From Octopus bimaculoides (lineage: Eukaryota): 64,000 nt of DNA. Shown piece after piece: positions 12,123 through 25,550 of the stretch. The notes under the pieces are model-generated. The model was given only the letters and a program-made list of their open reading frames with translations, did no database searches and was not told the origin of the DNA. The stretch's first letter is position 1; each line of letters begins with the position of its first letter. The stretch spans positions 55,508,651-55,572,650 of the forward strand of contig NC_068989.1 in NCBI RefSeq assembly GCF_001194135.2, read 5' to 3'. A program made the translations under genes and the position numbers.

Positions 12123-13269
12123 TCTTGGTCCGCCCCTACGTCTCCTGCTCGTTGACTCGGCTCGAAGAATTCGCCTTGCGATCTGTAGTACCGGAGCTGT
12201 GACTTCTCAATGTGGAGAAGTAACAAGATCCATCTGGAGAGATTCTCTGATCTCTGAACTATACACCTTATGGAGTAACGTTACTCCGGAGACCTTTCGG
12301 AAGAGCCCAGTTTTGACTACTTGTGCTCGCGAGCATATTCTTTCGGTTAAACATAAAAGAATATACTTTTTTTTATCAACACCATAAGCAATTTCAGAGT
12401 GGACTGAAAAAGAAGAGGAAAATAAAGTATTTTTTTTCTATTTATATGCTCATAAAATTCCTCGACATAAGAAATCCATTATCAGGTATTTTCACAGATT
12501 AAAACTTCTAACACCCTAGATAATCGATGTTTTATTTTGCACAAGTAAGTTTACCCAAGACCTTTCTTGAGGAACAATAGCGTCGTTAGTTATAGAGTTC
12601 TAACGGGACAACCAATGGTCTGCACATCTGGCGGCAATATATAAGGGAGTGTTTGTAACTAGGTGCAAAACAAATATCTCAAGAGAGTTTGTCCTTAGAT
12701 CAGTAGTTTTTCACTTCTCTCTACTGTGTATATCTTTCGTCGATATACTTCTGCAAAAGATATACACACACACACACACCGTCAAATATATATATATATA
12801 TATTCACACACACACATGCATACAACCGTCAGTAATTAAGAAGTATGACTTGGTAACATGTACCATGCTTTTGCTAATTGTTTTAGGTTCCTATATAATA
12901 GCGAACAGATGTAAATACCCTCTCAGCTCCAACACTCTTGACCAAGCGGAACATCCACAATGTGACACCCGGATAGAGAGAGAGAGAGAAATAGAGGGAG
13001 AAGAGAGAGAGAAACGGCGGGAGAAGAGAGACAGACAGACATATGTACTAGCAAATGGTGAGTACTCATTTCAGTTAAGTAGACTTGAGCAAGCTGAAAT
13101 GCTTCACCCCAAAACACAATCAACACTCGATGCAGGGACTGAACACACACCCTTATTGTCATGAGCCGAATATCTTAACCACTAGATTTTGCGCCTTAAG
13201 TGTGTGTGTGAGAGTGAGAGAGAGAGGGAGAGGGAGAGAGAGAGAGAGAGAGAGAGAGANNNNNNNNNN

Positions 13270-13311
<42 letters not shown>

Positions 13312-14928
13312 GGACCCCTGCACAATTTCCATAAACCAAATTCTTCGCACAAATTCAACTCGTGATTAAGGTAGAAGACACATGCAAAAGGTGCCGTACA
13401 TTTGGATCCAAAGGGGAACCATACGATTACAAAGTCATTTGTGTTAACCATAAAGCTATGACTGCAATATGAAAGTGTTTTTAAAAATAATAATGACAAA
13501 GGAATACCATAGAAGGAGACAAAAATGCAAAATGGTATAAATTGTGGAACAAAATCTTTTGACTACTGCACATTAATTGATGATTATAGATCTGTGCAGA
13601 AAAATATTAAAATAGTACAAACTCAAAAAATCAAATGAAAGTGGAATTTATTTCTTAAAGATCTTTGTTAACACTTCGATCTTTCAACTTATCTATTACT
13701 GAAGAGAAGCAGACAAATCGATCCAAGGAAATTATTTGAGAATTCTATCTAAAATATTTAATTGAATCTTATTTCTTTATTGCCCACAAGGGGCTAAATA
13801 TTTAATTGAATCTATCAAACGCAGGCATTTGTACATCTATAATACTATATTAGGTGATCAGATAAGAAATGTAGCGTTTTTTGTTTGTTTTTTCGTTTAC
13901 TGCCAAAAACAAAATACGAACAGAACTAAGGAGATATAATATTTCTGTTACACAAACAATCCTTAAATGAACTAACGTAATTTTAATATTTTTTTCTCAG
14001 TGCATGAGGTTTCTCCATGATTGATACCACGAATATTTAAACAACGATGATAATTCGGATTGTCAACACAGACACGATGACCACTAATTTATCAAGTTTG
14101 GAAGGATGAAACGCAATGTTGATCCCGGTGAGAATTTGAACTCGGAACGCAAAAGGATGTAAACCTCATGTCCAGTATTCTACTGGTTCTGCCATCCGAA
14201 GCGTACTCTAGCCTTCTCCCGTTTAATGAACATTTTAAAAACCTTCAAACGTTACCATAATATCTTTCTCTTGCAAGTAATTTATTGGCTAAACAGCTGC
14301 TATATGTTGTTGTTCTCTCTGTCCTTTATACACCTAACGCACATCTATCCGTGATAATTTAGGGACGCATATTCCCGTTGCCAGACGTGTTTCTTCATCA
14401 AAATTTGAAAATTTGAACCGATACCTCCAATACAACAGATATATATGCATGTATATGTGTGTGTGTGTGTATTCACGTAATTTATTGAGATTGGCGGTAC
14501 TTTGCATATGACAACAGTCCAGTTATGAACAAACGAGGATTGCTGATGGTAAAACACAAGAATGCATTCGAAATGTGTTCCATACTACCCATGAGAGAAT
14601 AGAGAATCGTTTACATATGACACTAGCAACGCTCGTACAGACATACATTAATGTCAATCATAAACTAGAAAACTGAGCCAACTCGCCCTTTAGCACGATA
14701 TTGAAAATTAATCAGCGAACAATACACAACTCGGGACAGATAAGGTGTCTTATTATCGCTTTTCTTTGAGATGGCTTCACCGGGTACTCGTGAAATTAAC
14801 ATTTCGACATCTTTAAGATTTAAAGTGTACCGGCTACAGCATAAATATTTACCCAATTAATTTTTAGGTTTTGGTTAATGAAAGGTTACAGGTTGATTAT
14901 TATGTTTATTGACAATGTTTTGCATATA

Positions 14929-15086
14929 GGCGCAGGAGTGGCTGTGTGGTAAGAAGCTTGCTTCTCAACCACATGGTTCCGGGTTTAATTCCACTGCGTG
15001 GCACCTTGGGTAGGTGTCCTCTACTATAGCCTCGGGCCGACCAAAGCCGTGAGTGGATTTAGTAGACATAAACTGAAAGAAGCCCG

Positions 15087-15126
<40 letters not shown>

Positions 15127-15318
15127 ATATATATATATATGTATGTATGTATGTATACATATGTATGTATGTATTTGTGTGTCTGTATTTGTCCCCCCCC
15201 CCAATCGCTTGGCAACCGATGTTGGTGAGTTTACGTCCTCTAAACGCTTCGGCAAAAAGGGCTGATAGAATAAGTACTAGTATGGCCGCAGTCAAATGAC
15301 TGAAACAAGCAAAAGAAT
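14929..15318 (+). mobile_element. tRNA-headed SINE, family B, with internal (GT)n
   Basis: ggcgcaggagtggctgtgtggtaag head; ggcaccttggg..tctactatagcctcgggccgacc core; several copies in the window. Confidence 0.85.
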
Positions 15319-15444
15319 ATATTTACAATTCGAAATAACTACCCTTCGGTTTCACCATAGCCCTTACTCTTTTCTCAACTGAAGTTTGAATAAAATGTAT
15401 ATGTCGCACCCGGTATACCATGGTAAAAAAAAAAAAAGTAAAAT

Positions 15445-16165
15445 GGTCTTCTTTCCCAACCAATGGTTCTGAGTTCAGTTACACTGCGTGTCACCTTGGG
15501 CGAGCATGTTAAACTATAGTCCAGGGTCGACCAAAGTGTTGTGAGTGGATCTGGTGGACGGAAACTGAAAGAAGCCGTCGTACATATATTATTATGTGTG
15601 CGTGTGTGTGTGTTTCAGTTATTAGACTGCTACCATGCTGGGGTACCATCTTGAGGAATGAATCGACCCTAGTACTTTTTTCAAGTTACCGGACGTAAAC
15701 ATACCAACACCGGTTGCTAAGCGGTGGTGGGTGACAAACACGGACACACACACGGTGGACTTCTTTCAGTTTCCATTTACCAAATCCACTCACAAGGCTT
15801 TGGTCCGCCCGAGGCTATAATAGAAGACAATTGCCCTAGGTGCCATGCAGTGGGACTGAACCCGGAACCATGTGGTTGGGAAGCAAGCGCCTTACCACAC
15901 AGCCACAGCTATATATATAAGGTAAAGAATGACCATGGAATTGCACCTAGGAAGTTCCCCTCCAAGGCACAAGTCCGGTCAAGGTTGTTTATGGAAGACC
16001 AGCAGTCGCCCATGCATGCCAACGTCGCAACTCATTTCTACAGATGAGTGAACTGGAGCAATTTGAAATAAGTGACTTGCTCAAGAGCACAACACAGCTT
16101 GGTCCAGTAATCGAACTCATTACCTCATGATTGTGAGCCCGACGCTCTAACTACTGAGCCATGCG
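15445..16165. mobile_element. SINE cluster (family B plus, family B minus, family A minus)
   Basis: Same family cores as 14929 and 11948, in both orientations. Confidence 0.8.
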
Positions 16166-17049
16166 TGCGTGTGGGGGGGGGGGGGAAGAAGAATTTAAAA
16201 TGCTATGTAAATGTAAAAACTGAAGACTACACAACTGCACGTGCGTGTGCGCCTGTGTAGTAATTGAGTTCAGCAACAACCGCAACAATTACTTCGAGTA
16301 TACAACAAAAATCGGAAAAAGAATTTACACATAAAACGCAAAAAGCACTCTATACCGATGTTGAGTATAACTGTTTAATATGGTTAAGATTATTTCTCTG
16401 ATCCTACTCCGAGTTTCGCGATTCCTCCGTTAATCACGCAACGTTGGAGTGATCAGCAAGAAATCAGCTAATTTTGAATAGCAACACAAAGCAATCCCAG
16501 CACTACAATCTAGAATATTTGAAGTTTCGGATTAGGCACCCCATACTTCAAGGGGAAGTGTGTGTGTGTGCCACTCTCTCTCTCTCTCTCTACCCCCAAA
16601 GCACGCCTGTGTCTCATTCTAAGGAAATTACAACTCTGAAGATATATATTTTTTTTTAAAGCTTGCAAAACTTGCAGTTTTTAAAAATCAAATTTGCCCT
16701 CACCCTCATCTACTTCCGTAATTTTTCCATTTCCCATGAGGTATGAGGCACCTATTGTGAAACTTTGGCGAACATTTATAAATATTAAATCAAAACAAAG
16801 ACATTTATTTGTTGTTAGTTCTTTAATGACAATCGCTTGTTTTGAGCGAATCCTGATGTATTGTTAAATAACCATGAAAACTGCTGGTTTGATCTTCATC
16901 CCAAGCTGCCAAAAAGAAGCTCGTGAGATTAATTTTAGAGCGAGACTAAATACGCGTCGATATATTGGTTAACATGCTGTTTATTGTTCTAAAATAGTGA
17001 AAGTAAATGATAAAAAGCGAAAGTAAATTGACCGTATAATTTTATGTAA

Positions 17050-18440
17050 ACAATGTATGTGATATAACCAATGAACCAATGTAAACAACAGTCATTGATG
17101 CACCAAATGAGATTAACGAATAAGTTTTTCATCATTTCTAAATTTATTTCGCCACACATGCTCATGGAGACATGATGTAAATAAAGCACCATTAGTCCCA
17201 TGTTGTCACTTCAGTTTCTTTTTGGTGAACATCTATCGCCTTTCTATAGTCCCTGTATGGGATGTTTCATCGCTGAGATTATCGAAATACAATGAATAAT
17301 TGACAACTTTAGGAGTGAAAAAGTTGCTAGGACCCACACAGGAAAACCACCCATCGGATATCAAACATGTTCCCAGCGATAAGGGAGCCAAAGTGTTTCG
17401 TGTGCGATCGGAGGCCTCAACCAGGCAGCATTTTCCTGTACCCCTTTCCACTGTACCAAACACCCAATGCCCTTAATGCCAGTTCGGTGTTATTTCTATT
17501 GAATATATTTAGATTCGTCTACTTCTACGGCAACAGCACATCCTGCATCATCGAATCCACCGAGTTTTGGCTGTGGATGGGCTTCCAAGTGCTGCTTATA
17601 GACATCTGTAAGGAAAATGCACCAGTGAGGCATTGTGTTATGTATCGCTTACTTATTAATCATTTCGTTCTGGAGGTAGTCTCTTGCATATACATTAGTT
17701 GAGTGGAGGCGCAATGGCCCAGTGGTTAGGGCAGCAGACTCACGGTCATAGGATCGCGGTTTCGATTCCCAGACCGGGCGTTGTGAGTGTTTATTGAGCG
17801 AAAACACCCAAAGCTCCACGAGGCTCCGGCAGGGGATGGTGGCGAACCCCGCTGTACTCTTTCACCACAACTTTCTCTCACTCTTCCTGTTTCTGTTGTG
17901 CCTGTATTTCAAAGGGCCAGCCTTGTCACGCTGAATATCCCCGAGAACTACGTTAAGGGTACACGTGTCTTGCGCGTTAATTTCACGTGCAGGCTGTTCC
18001 GTTGATCGGATCAACTGGAATCCTCGACGTCGTAAGCGACGGAGTGCCAACAACAATACATTAGTTGAATCATATTTTGGTAGAATCAAATGATTCTTCT
18101 CAAATAGAATCAAATGATTCTTCTCAAATAGCTCAAGTGAATCGACAGGAACAACGCCGACGCTTCCCGTCGACTTTTTCTGAACAGCTCAATAATCGTA
18201 CAGAGTTTATTGCATTACTCGCGTGTAACCGTGTTGGCTATCGTGCGTCGACATGCAAGCCGCCGAATTGCCTCCTCAGCAGCGTTTGTTGTTGGGTATA
18301 ATACACTGGGATGATGTACCTCAGCTGCTATTTCTGAAATATTTAGCATATCACTGGAAGGAACTATACAAGTTGGTACTTGTGGATGTGACATAATGAG
18401 GGAGTTCATTATGTTCTTTCTGCCGCAATATATTTTCACT
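17050..18440 (-). mobile_element. Merlin (IS1016/IS1595-like, ISXO2-type DDE) transposase pseudogene, interrupted by a SINE
   Basis: Minus translation with stops and frameshifts: ...LFEKNHL..YARDYLQNEM...HWCIFLTDVYKQHLEAHPQPKLGGFDDAGCAVAVEVDESKY...VFGTVERGTGKCCLVEASDRTRNTL...ISDGW...VVNYSLYF...HTGTIERR...HGTNGALFTSCLHEHVWRNKF. The VDES / SDGW / TIE catalytic motifs match ISXO2-type transposases. Confidence 0.85.
17703..18055 (+). mobile_element. Full-length tRNA-headed SINE, family C, with 13-bp TSD
   Basis: A box tggcccagtgg, B box ttcgattcc, caa tail; atacattagttga duplicated at 17690-17702 and 18056-18068. Confidence 0.92.
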
Positions 18441-19719
18441 TAGAACATTTTTTTTTTTAGGGACACTGAACTACACGACACCCGATATATTTATGTATCT
18501 ATAAACCTGTACACACTGTAAATTATTTTCCAGTTGTCGACCTTGTACATTCATGTAAATGACTTGTGTCAAGTCAATAATTGTTTACATTTCAATTAAT
18601 TAGATCCTCTCCGTCGACTACATTAAATATGATGGTTATTATAATCGGTTACCTGGGAGAGAGGTGAACCGAACAGGATGAACTGTTAGATAATAATAAT
18701 TAAAATGGGTTGGTTAGCGCTTCAATCCACACGACCCAAACTGCTATCGTCATGTTTATAACAAGAGTAGCATCAGAAGCAAATTAAGTGATTCCATATT
18801 AAAATTTAACACCACACTGGCAGACCTTTTATAAATAAATAGTTTGTTGTTTTGGTGGTGTCACTGCTATTCGAGTATTAAGAAAAAAAAATTACATAAG
18901 TATTTACCAACAACAGATTTAAAACAAAGTTATTAGAAGAAATAGTATAGAAATAAACAAAATATAAATAGTACGGAGCGTTATTCATTTAGAAAGATAT
19001 TTTTTATTGTGCGATTGTTAGTGCTTTTGTGTTTCATTGTTGGCAAATGTAGCATGCATGCATGATCATACAACTTTTAGTATCTGTATGTAATGTAGAA
19101 AAAGGAGAGAGAGAGAGAGAGAGAAAAAGAAAAAGAGAAAGAGAGTGTGTGTGATGAATTTGCTGAGGTCATCAAGATCATTGCTGAAATCCGGTCAGGA
19201 TCAAAGGGAGATAACTTGCCTACTCCTAAACAATGTAGTGACGGCAGTTTCCCATTTCTCAACATGTTGCCGACTCACAGAATTAACGCACACTTCTCGC
19301 TAAGCATTAATTAAATAAGTAAACACACGCACGAGATGAAAAAATTTAGTGCGCATATACACATACACATACACACACTGAAATCTGGCTAAAGCTAGAG
19401 AACATTCTATTAATATATCTTACACAGCTAAAGTTCGTTTTCATTTCTACCCAATTCAATTATCTTCCTGTTGACATTTTACCCGGAAGTAGAGATGAGA
19501 AACACCTCCAACATAACAAAAATATAAATACCTGAGTGTGTTTATTAATTCGCTTTACTAAATTATCAGTTTATTAACATGAAAAATAAAATTTAATGAA
19601 CAAATGATTAAAAAGTCAATATTCGAACTATGAAATACAAAGTTCTTTTTTTGTTGTTTTTTTTCAAAAGAATTATCGGCGAAATTCTGCTTATACGAAA
19701 CGGCATATAATCCATCACA

Positions 19720-20164
19720 TTTTTTTTATTTCTTTGAATTTTTAGAAACTTTTTGCGAATTTGTAGTCTACACACTGAAATTTACAAGACTATGAAAACA
19801 AGAGTTTTTAAAATTTTTCTAAATTTTTTTTTTTTTTTTTTTGAATTTTTCGAATATTTTTTTTTTAATCACAGTTGAAAATATAGTCCGAATTTTTGGC
19901 TTAAATTCCAGCAATAGACCATTGAATATGTCTATGTGGAGAAAGATATCGCACAACATCAATACCTCAGACAAACAAACGATGGGGGTATGAGGTGGTC
20001 ATGCGATATGCTAAAAATAACAGCTACATAGGCCTTAAATCACGCAGCAATTATTTTTTCCTTTCTACTTTATTTTTGTTTTGGTTTTTTTGCATAATCG
20101 TATGAATTCCTGTGTGTAGAATACAAATTCGCAAAAATCTTCTGAAAATTCATTAAAAAAAAAA
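19720..20164. mobile_element. Foldback/MITE-like segment with about 45-bp inverted arms
   Basis: tttttgcgaatttgta (ends about 19765) versus tacaaattcgcaaaaa (starts 20122); flanks also complementary. Confidence 0.55.
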
Positions 20165-20749
20165 GAAGAAGTTATGAGGGGTTATATCGACACGTAGGCA
20201 ACACGTTCACTTAATTCAACAACGCTGCTTAGCACGAAGCCAAACTTCAACGACGGGACCATCAAGAAGATTCCCACCACACTCATCCACTCGTTTTGCC
20301 ATTTTACAAACACCATACCCCGAACAACATCCTTAGAATATGTTCATCATACAGTAGTAGGAGGAAGGCCTGATTCTTAAACCGTGCAGGCTGAAAAGGC
20401 AACGAAGTGTTTGCGTCGTTTCGTAACGTAGTGTGTGCGCGGCGTGAGTGATTTAAACACATTCAGAGCGCACACACGCACGGACGAAATTAATTCTTAA
20501 TGTTTCTCCTCTATATTTTCCACGATAGCCGGTTAATAAACATATTTCATGCAAGTAAATAATGCTATATTTTCAGAATAACACTGCACTCCAATGGAAA
20601 CAAATAAAGGTTAGCAAGAAAAACAGCGACGAAAGGCAAGTTCATTGCATAAAGCATAAAAGCACAACTAAATTATTTGTAAATTTAATTAACTCGGTTT
20701 TACACACACACATTCATCTGCGTGTATAAAATGTGCATGTGTGTGTGTG

Positions 20750-20941
20750 TCTTTTATTCGTTTCAGACATTAGACTTGCAGCCGTGCTGGGGCACCGCCT
20801 GAAACGGTTTTGGTGAACGAATCGAACCAAGTGCATTTTTTAAAAAATACTGGTGCTTATTCTTTCTGTCTTTAATAGCCGAACCACCAAGTTATGGAGA
20901 CATAGACAAACCAACACCGGCTGCCAAGCGATGTGGAACAA

Positions 20942-20977
<36 letters not shown>

Positions 20978-21125
20978 ACTGGCTTCTTTCAGTTTCCGTC
21001 CACCAACTCCACTTAGAAGGTCAGCTCGGAACTATAGTAGAAGACATTCGCCAAAGGTGTCACGCAATGGGACTAAACACACCGCCGCGTGTGGTTGGGG
21101 AGTAAACTTCTTACCAGACAGCCTA
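20750..21125 (-). mobile_element. Family-B SINE
   Basis: ggcttctttcagtttccgtc..ccac..ctatagtagaagaca is the reverse complement of the family-B core. Confidence 0.8.
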
Positions 21126-24100
21126 TTTTTAATGGTACAAACTGGCAGTAGTTAAATCTGTAAATAATCGCTTCTAGAACTGGGTTCAAAAACCTTGGAT
21201 GGAAAAAATTCGAAGGCAGCCTGTGGGCATGTCTGTCGTGTTTACAAGAGATTTAGGTTCGTGTGAAACCGGCAACAGTTGACAATTCTCCCACCCTCAT
21301 CCATGGGAATTTTAACCAACAGTTGTATCTGCTGTTATTTATAGCTTTAATCTACTATATTTCACCGTTAAACGTTATTTACTTCATATCACTCAGGTTC
21401 CTAAATTACTATTTTGAGTGTGTGTGTGTGCGTATGCATATATTGGTAGGTAGATTAATAGAGACAGATCACACACATATATGGCGCGTCTAATTATATA
21501 CATATATAGCCACATGAGCACGCGTTTATATCTACCTACCTACATACACACACGTTTCTATAAAGATATAAATAATGGTATGTATATATGCGTGTATACT
21601 GGTAAATATATAAAGGCATATATATGATAGATAGATAGGTAAATGTAAATATGTATATATATATATACATATACATACATTTATACATAAGCGTGATTGT
21701 ACACGCATACCCGCGCGCGTTTATATGTAAACAAACATCTACACACACACACAGAGATAGATAAACGTATACACACATGTATATATATACATCAACGTAA
21801 AGGCATAAACCTTAATACGTGTGTGTGTGTAAATGTATATATATAAATGCTTAATTGAAGAGACAAATGCCTGTCTTTGTTCTGCCTGCTTTCATCACTA
21901 AAGAAGTGCTGTGGGCCGATCTTCACAATGAATTCTGTCGATGGCTGAATCTATCCTCCACGCGATAACAGTAATCAGTAATCCTAAAACTAAAGAATGA
22001 ATGCATGCAAAATAGTTAAATTACTGTGCATCCATGAAAGTGCCTCATAACGCTTCAATGCTGTTAGAGTTTGCCTCAAATATTGCCCCTTGATAGCACT
22101 GCCATGCCTAGGATTTTGGGAAATTATCAAAATTAATCCTGCACAGACCAGCCAGTTTCGCCCTTCCCCCGCTACTAGAACGCTGTAGATTGTTAATATG
22201 AAATTTCCATCGACCACATTGGGTGGTAGATGGTGGAGATCCTGGCAAACATTCGGGAAGCCAGACACCCCATCTTGTCTTTTCTCGATTTATGACTGCA
22301 GTTCTGTCAAAGAGGCAAAGTATGGAAAGATGCGCCTTACAAATGGAGACAACATTCGTTCATCACCCAAGAATTTCTGCAGTATCGTGAATGTTTGAAC
22401 ACCAACGGCCAATGGCATGATGAGCAAATTGTGCAGAAAGTGTTGGCAACAGATAGGCTGTCGGAGCCGTACCAATTGAACCTATCCTTTCCACATAAAA
22501 TTGAAGTGCAGTTGCTTCAATCCAGTTCAATCCAAAAACTGGGACAAAACATGGCAGTCAGATGGTAAATTATGACAAAGTCAATATAAGCATTCGTCAT
22601 CTTCTTCCTCTAGGTTGAGACTGGTCATTGTACTTGTAACTTCGTCTCAGTTTCTGCCCACCTGGAAATCTGGACCAAACTAGACCCAAATCGTTTAACT
22701 TGTCAGTGACTTCAGTGCCAGTATTGGCTTTCTTCTCCAGATTAAACTTTTCTTCGGCTACAACCTCGTATTCCTTTAGAATGCTGCCAACCACCTCCAC
22801 TTCCATGGTATCTGACATCAATATGAAGACATCCAGAAACGCCAACGCGGTTTTCCCAAGTCAGTTTGAAGCTCCAGCTTCCACAGTAGTAACTCGAGAG
22901 TCAGTACATACAATAGAGGTGACAATACACGAATGGGCTGAGTGTACAATGTTTAACAGTTCTAGACCCACTGAGCAAATGTCGCTGTATATTGATTCTG
23001 AAAACGACAACGAAACCTGCTGTTCTAACAGTCACCAAGTAGTGACAGTCAACTCTAGCGAAAGCTTTTAATGGTTCAAATTTATCAGAGCCCCACTAAA
23101 GTCAGGTTCCTTACCTCCACTCTCTGTGATGCTAGGTAAGAAATCTGGAGGAAAACGCATGCGATGAGGTTGCAGTGAATAGATCTGTTTGGGATCACAT
23201 GACTTTGCACGTATATCTTAGCTCTAACAACGCAGTCTTCGCATTTCACATTAAAGTAATGGCAAAGGGCTATTCTCCTTGTTACCAGATAAATTGCGAC
23301 GCCTTTTCTGGAAATCAGCGTTTCACCATTGATTACCACAACTATATCTAGTAACCTGTCGTCTCCTCCTTCATCTCTTATTGTTAAGTTGACTATGACT
23401 AAAGGAACGTGTCCTTTTAACTTCCTAGTTAGTTCCAAGGAGGGAGGACGAGGCAATCTCCTTGATATTTTCCGACATTTTTACTTTGTTCAATAGACAA
23501 CCTATCGTCCCCATAGATTGGCTGGTGCCGGTTTCAGTTTCTTTTTTTTTTTTTTTTTTTTTTGCAAGTACATAAAGGACTTTTCCAAATTTTCGTAATT
23601 CACAATTGTGTCAACTTTCTTTTTTCCCACTCTTGAAGAAAATCTCCGGGCAAGAAGAGAGAGTTTTTGAGCTGAAGTCTTGTCAGACTTACATCACTAA
23701 ATGAAACCTACTCGAGACTAGAATCTCCTAACTTGATGCGATATTTGCAGCAAACGTGTATAAAATGTTGTGTTGCAATTTTTTAAATATAAACTCGTGT
23801 CATAAATACCAGCTACATAATTTTCTTTTTTCTTTAATGTCTCTATTTTTATTTAAAATCTTTTCATGTACGTTGCCTCTGCAGATGTTTTTGTTCGCTG
23901 AGGGCGTAGGTCTGGTCGGCATTTTGCGTTGAATGTCGATTAGCAAAGAAGACATTTTTTTCAAAATGTCTTTCTTTCCCATAATCATGGCATTAAAAAA
24001 AAGTGAAAACCTTTCCCATCTTCAGTAATAATTCCACACATTAAACCACATAGCCATCTAATTTTTAAGAAACACGACAGAAATTTAATCCGTAAACCAA

Positions 24101-24337
24101 AGCACAAATAAAGTCGTTTTAGCAAGGCAAGAACAATAACGGCGATGATGATTGGTGTCATGGTTGCAATGATGATGATGAATGTTTCTGATTTAGGGAC
24201 AGGGCCACAGTTTTTAGGAGGAAGGTTGTCAATCAATACTTGACTGATACTTTATTTTTTTGGAGGGATGAAAAGCGAGAATAAGTGTTTCAAATTGTGG
24301 AGCAAGACCAGTAACTTTAGCAGGATAATGGCTAGCT

Positions 24338-25404
24338 CAGTGGTTCTCAACCATTTTTTACTCCTGGACCCCTTTGATTCCCATTTTACTCTACTGGATC
24401 CCCCATAGCCATTCGATGTTTAAGAAATGTTTTAGAATTAAATATCATGTGAAAATATTTAGTTTTTGGATTTGGTTTGCAAGATTCTTTATGTGAGTTC
24501 GTGTGTTGAAGCATATTGTTTTGTCTGGGGAGAGTCATTTTCTTTTCGTGCCGTATAATTTAACACACTCACCGGTAAAATTTCCACTTATTCCTTATTT
24601 TTATTTTCCTAAAATTTTCGTTGCGTCTTGCAACCTTTTCAATAGTCTTGACTCTCATAAGAAAATGTATTTTAAAAAATTGCTGGGATCTTCGTGGTTT
24701 TCAAAAGAAATTTAATGTGTCATATAGATATAATTTTTGACTCTGAATTCGAATTTGTTATTCATTTATTCCAGAAAAATTTTAAGAAAATGTTACAGGT
24801 GTTCAGAGTTTGATAATTTTCAGAATTTTCAACCAATCAGAAAACAGCGCAATCGCTGCTTCTTCCATCATCAGGGACGTCAAAACATTGCTACTTCCCT
24901 TGTACACGCACACACATATACTCACACAGAGTTGAAATACTCCCACTTTGCCATCACCCTTTCCTTCCTTATTCATCTATCACCCCTTCCTTTCTCATTT
25001 ATGTTGTGACGGAGAAAAACACTAGAGTATCATTATAGTAAGATTATCTTTTTTGTATCTCCTCCTTGTGTGCATGCATAGCATCTTTGGTTACTATGAA
25101 AACAGCTTTTTGCCACGGTGATGTGTAAAATACTCGCTTCTGATTGGCTAGAATACCCAAATTTTGCAAATTTTAAAGGCTAATAACTTTTTACTTATGG
25201 ATTTATAAGGAAAATGAATTTCATCATCATAATTAGTATACAAAACTTAATCCATATACCAAATTTGAAAACAATTGGAACAAAATTGTAAACAGTGACG
25301 AAAACCACAAAAATCCATTTTGCGTACTGTAGAAGTATAACCAATTTATTGCACTTAAATTATAACAGCAAAATTTTATAGGGACCCCCGGTGGAGAACC
25401 ACTG
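24338..25404. mobile_element. hAT-type MITE carrying an internal insertion of roughly 600-800 bp
   Basis: TIRs cagtggttctcaacc / ggtggagaaccactg; TSD ggctagct / ggcaagtt (6/8); ends match the 250-bp copy at 40005. Confidence 0.7.
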
Positions 25405-25409
25405 GGCAA

Positions 25410-25550
25410 GTTGATTATATCGACCCTAGTGGTGGTCCCGATAGGACGAAAGGCAAAGTGAATCCCGGCAGAATTTGAACTCAGAGATGTTAAGAGCCGG
25501 AAGAAACGCCGCTAAGCATTTTGTCCAACGCGCTAACGGTTCTGCCGGCT
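25410..25550 (-). mobile_element. Family-D SINE (CpGs intact)
   Basis: cccggcagaatttgaactcag...aaacgccgctaagcatttt. Confidence 0.8.

Noticed and set aside
18215-18439. Mutator-like reading of the 74-aa minus ORF
   Set aside because: It is collinear with the Merlin transposase N-terminus once the SINE is removed.
22597-23478. Single long minus ORF rescued by A-to-I recoding of stop codons
   Set aside because: About 9 stops in about 294 codons, not clearly below random expectation; no supporting evidence.
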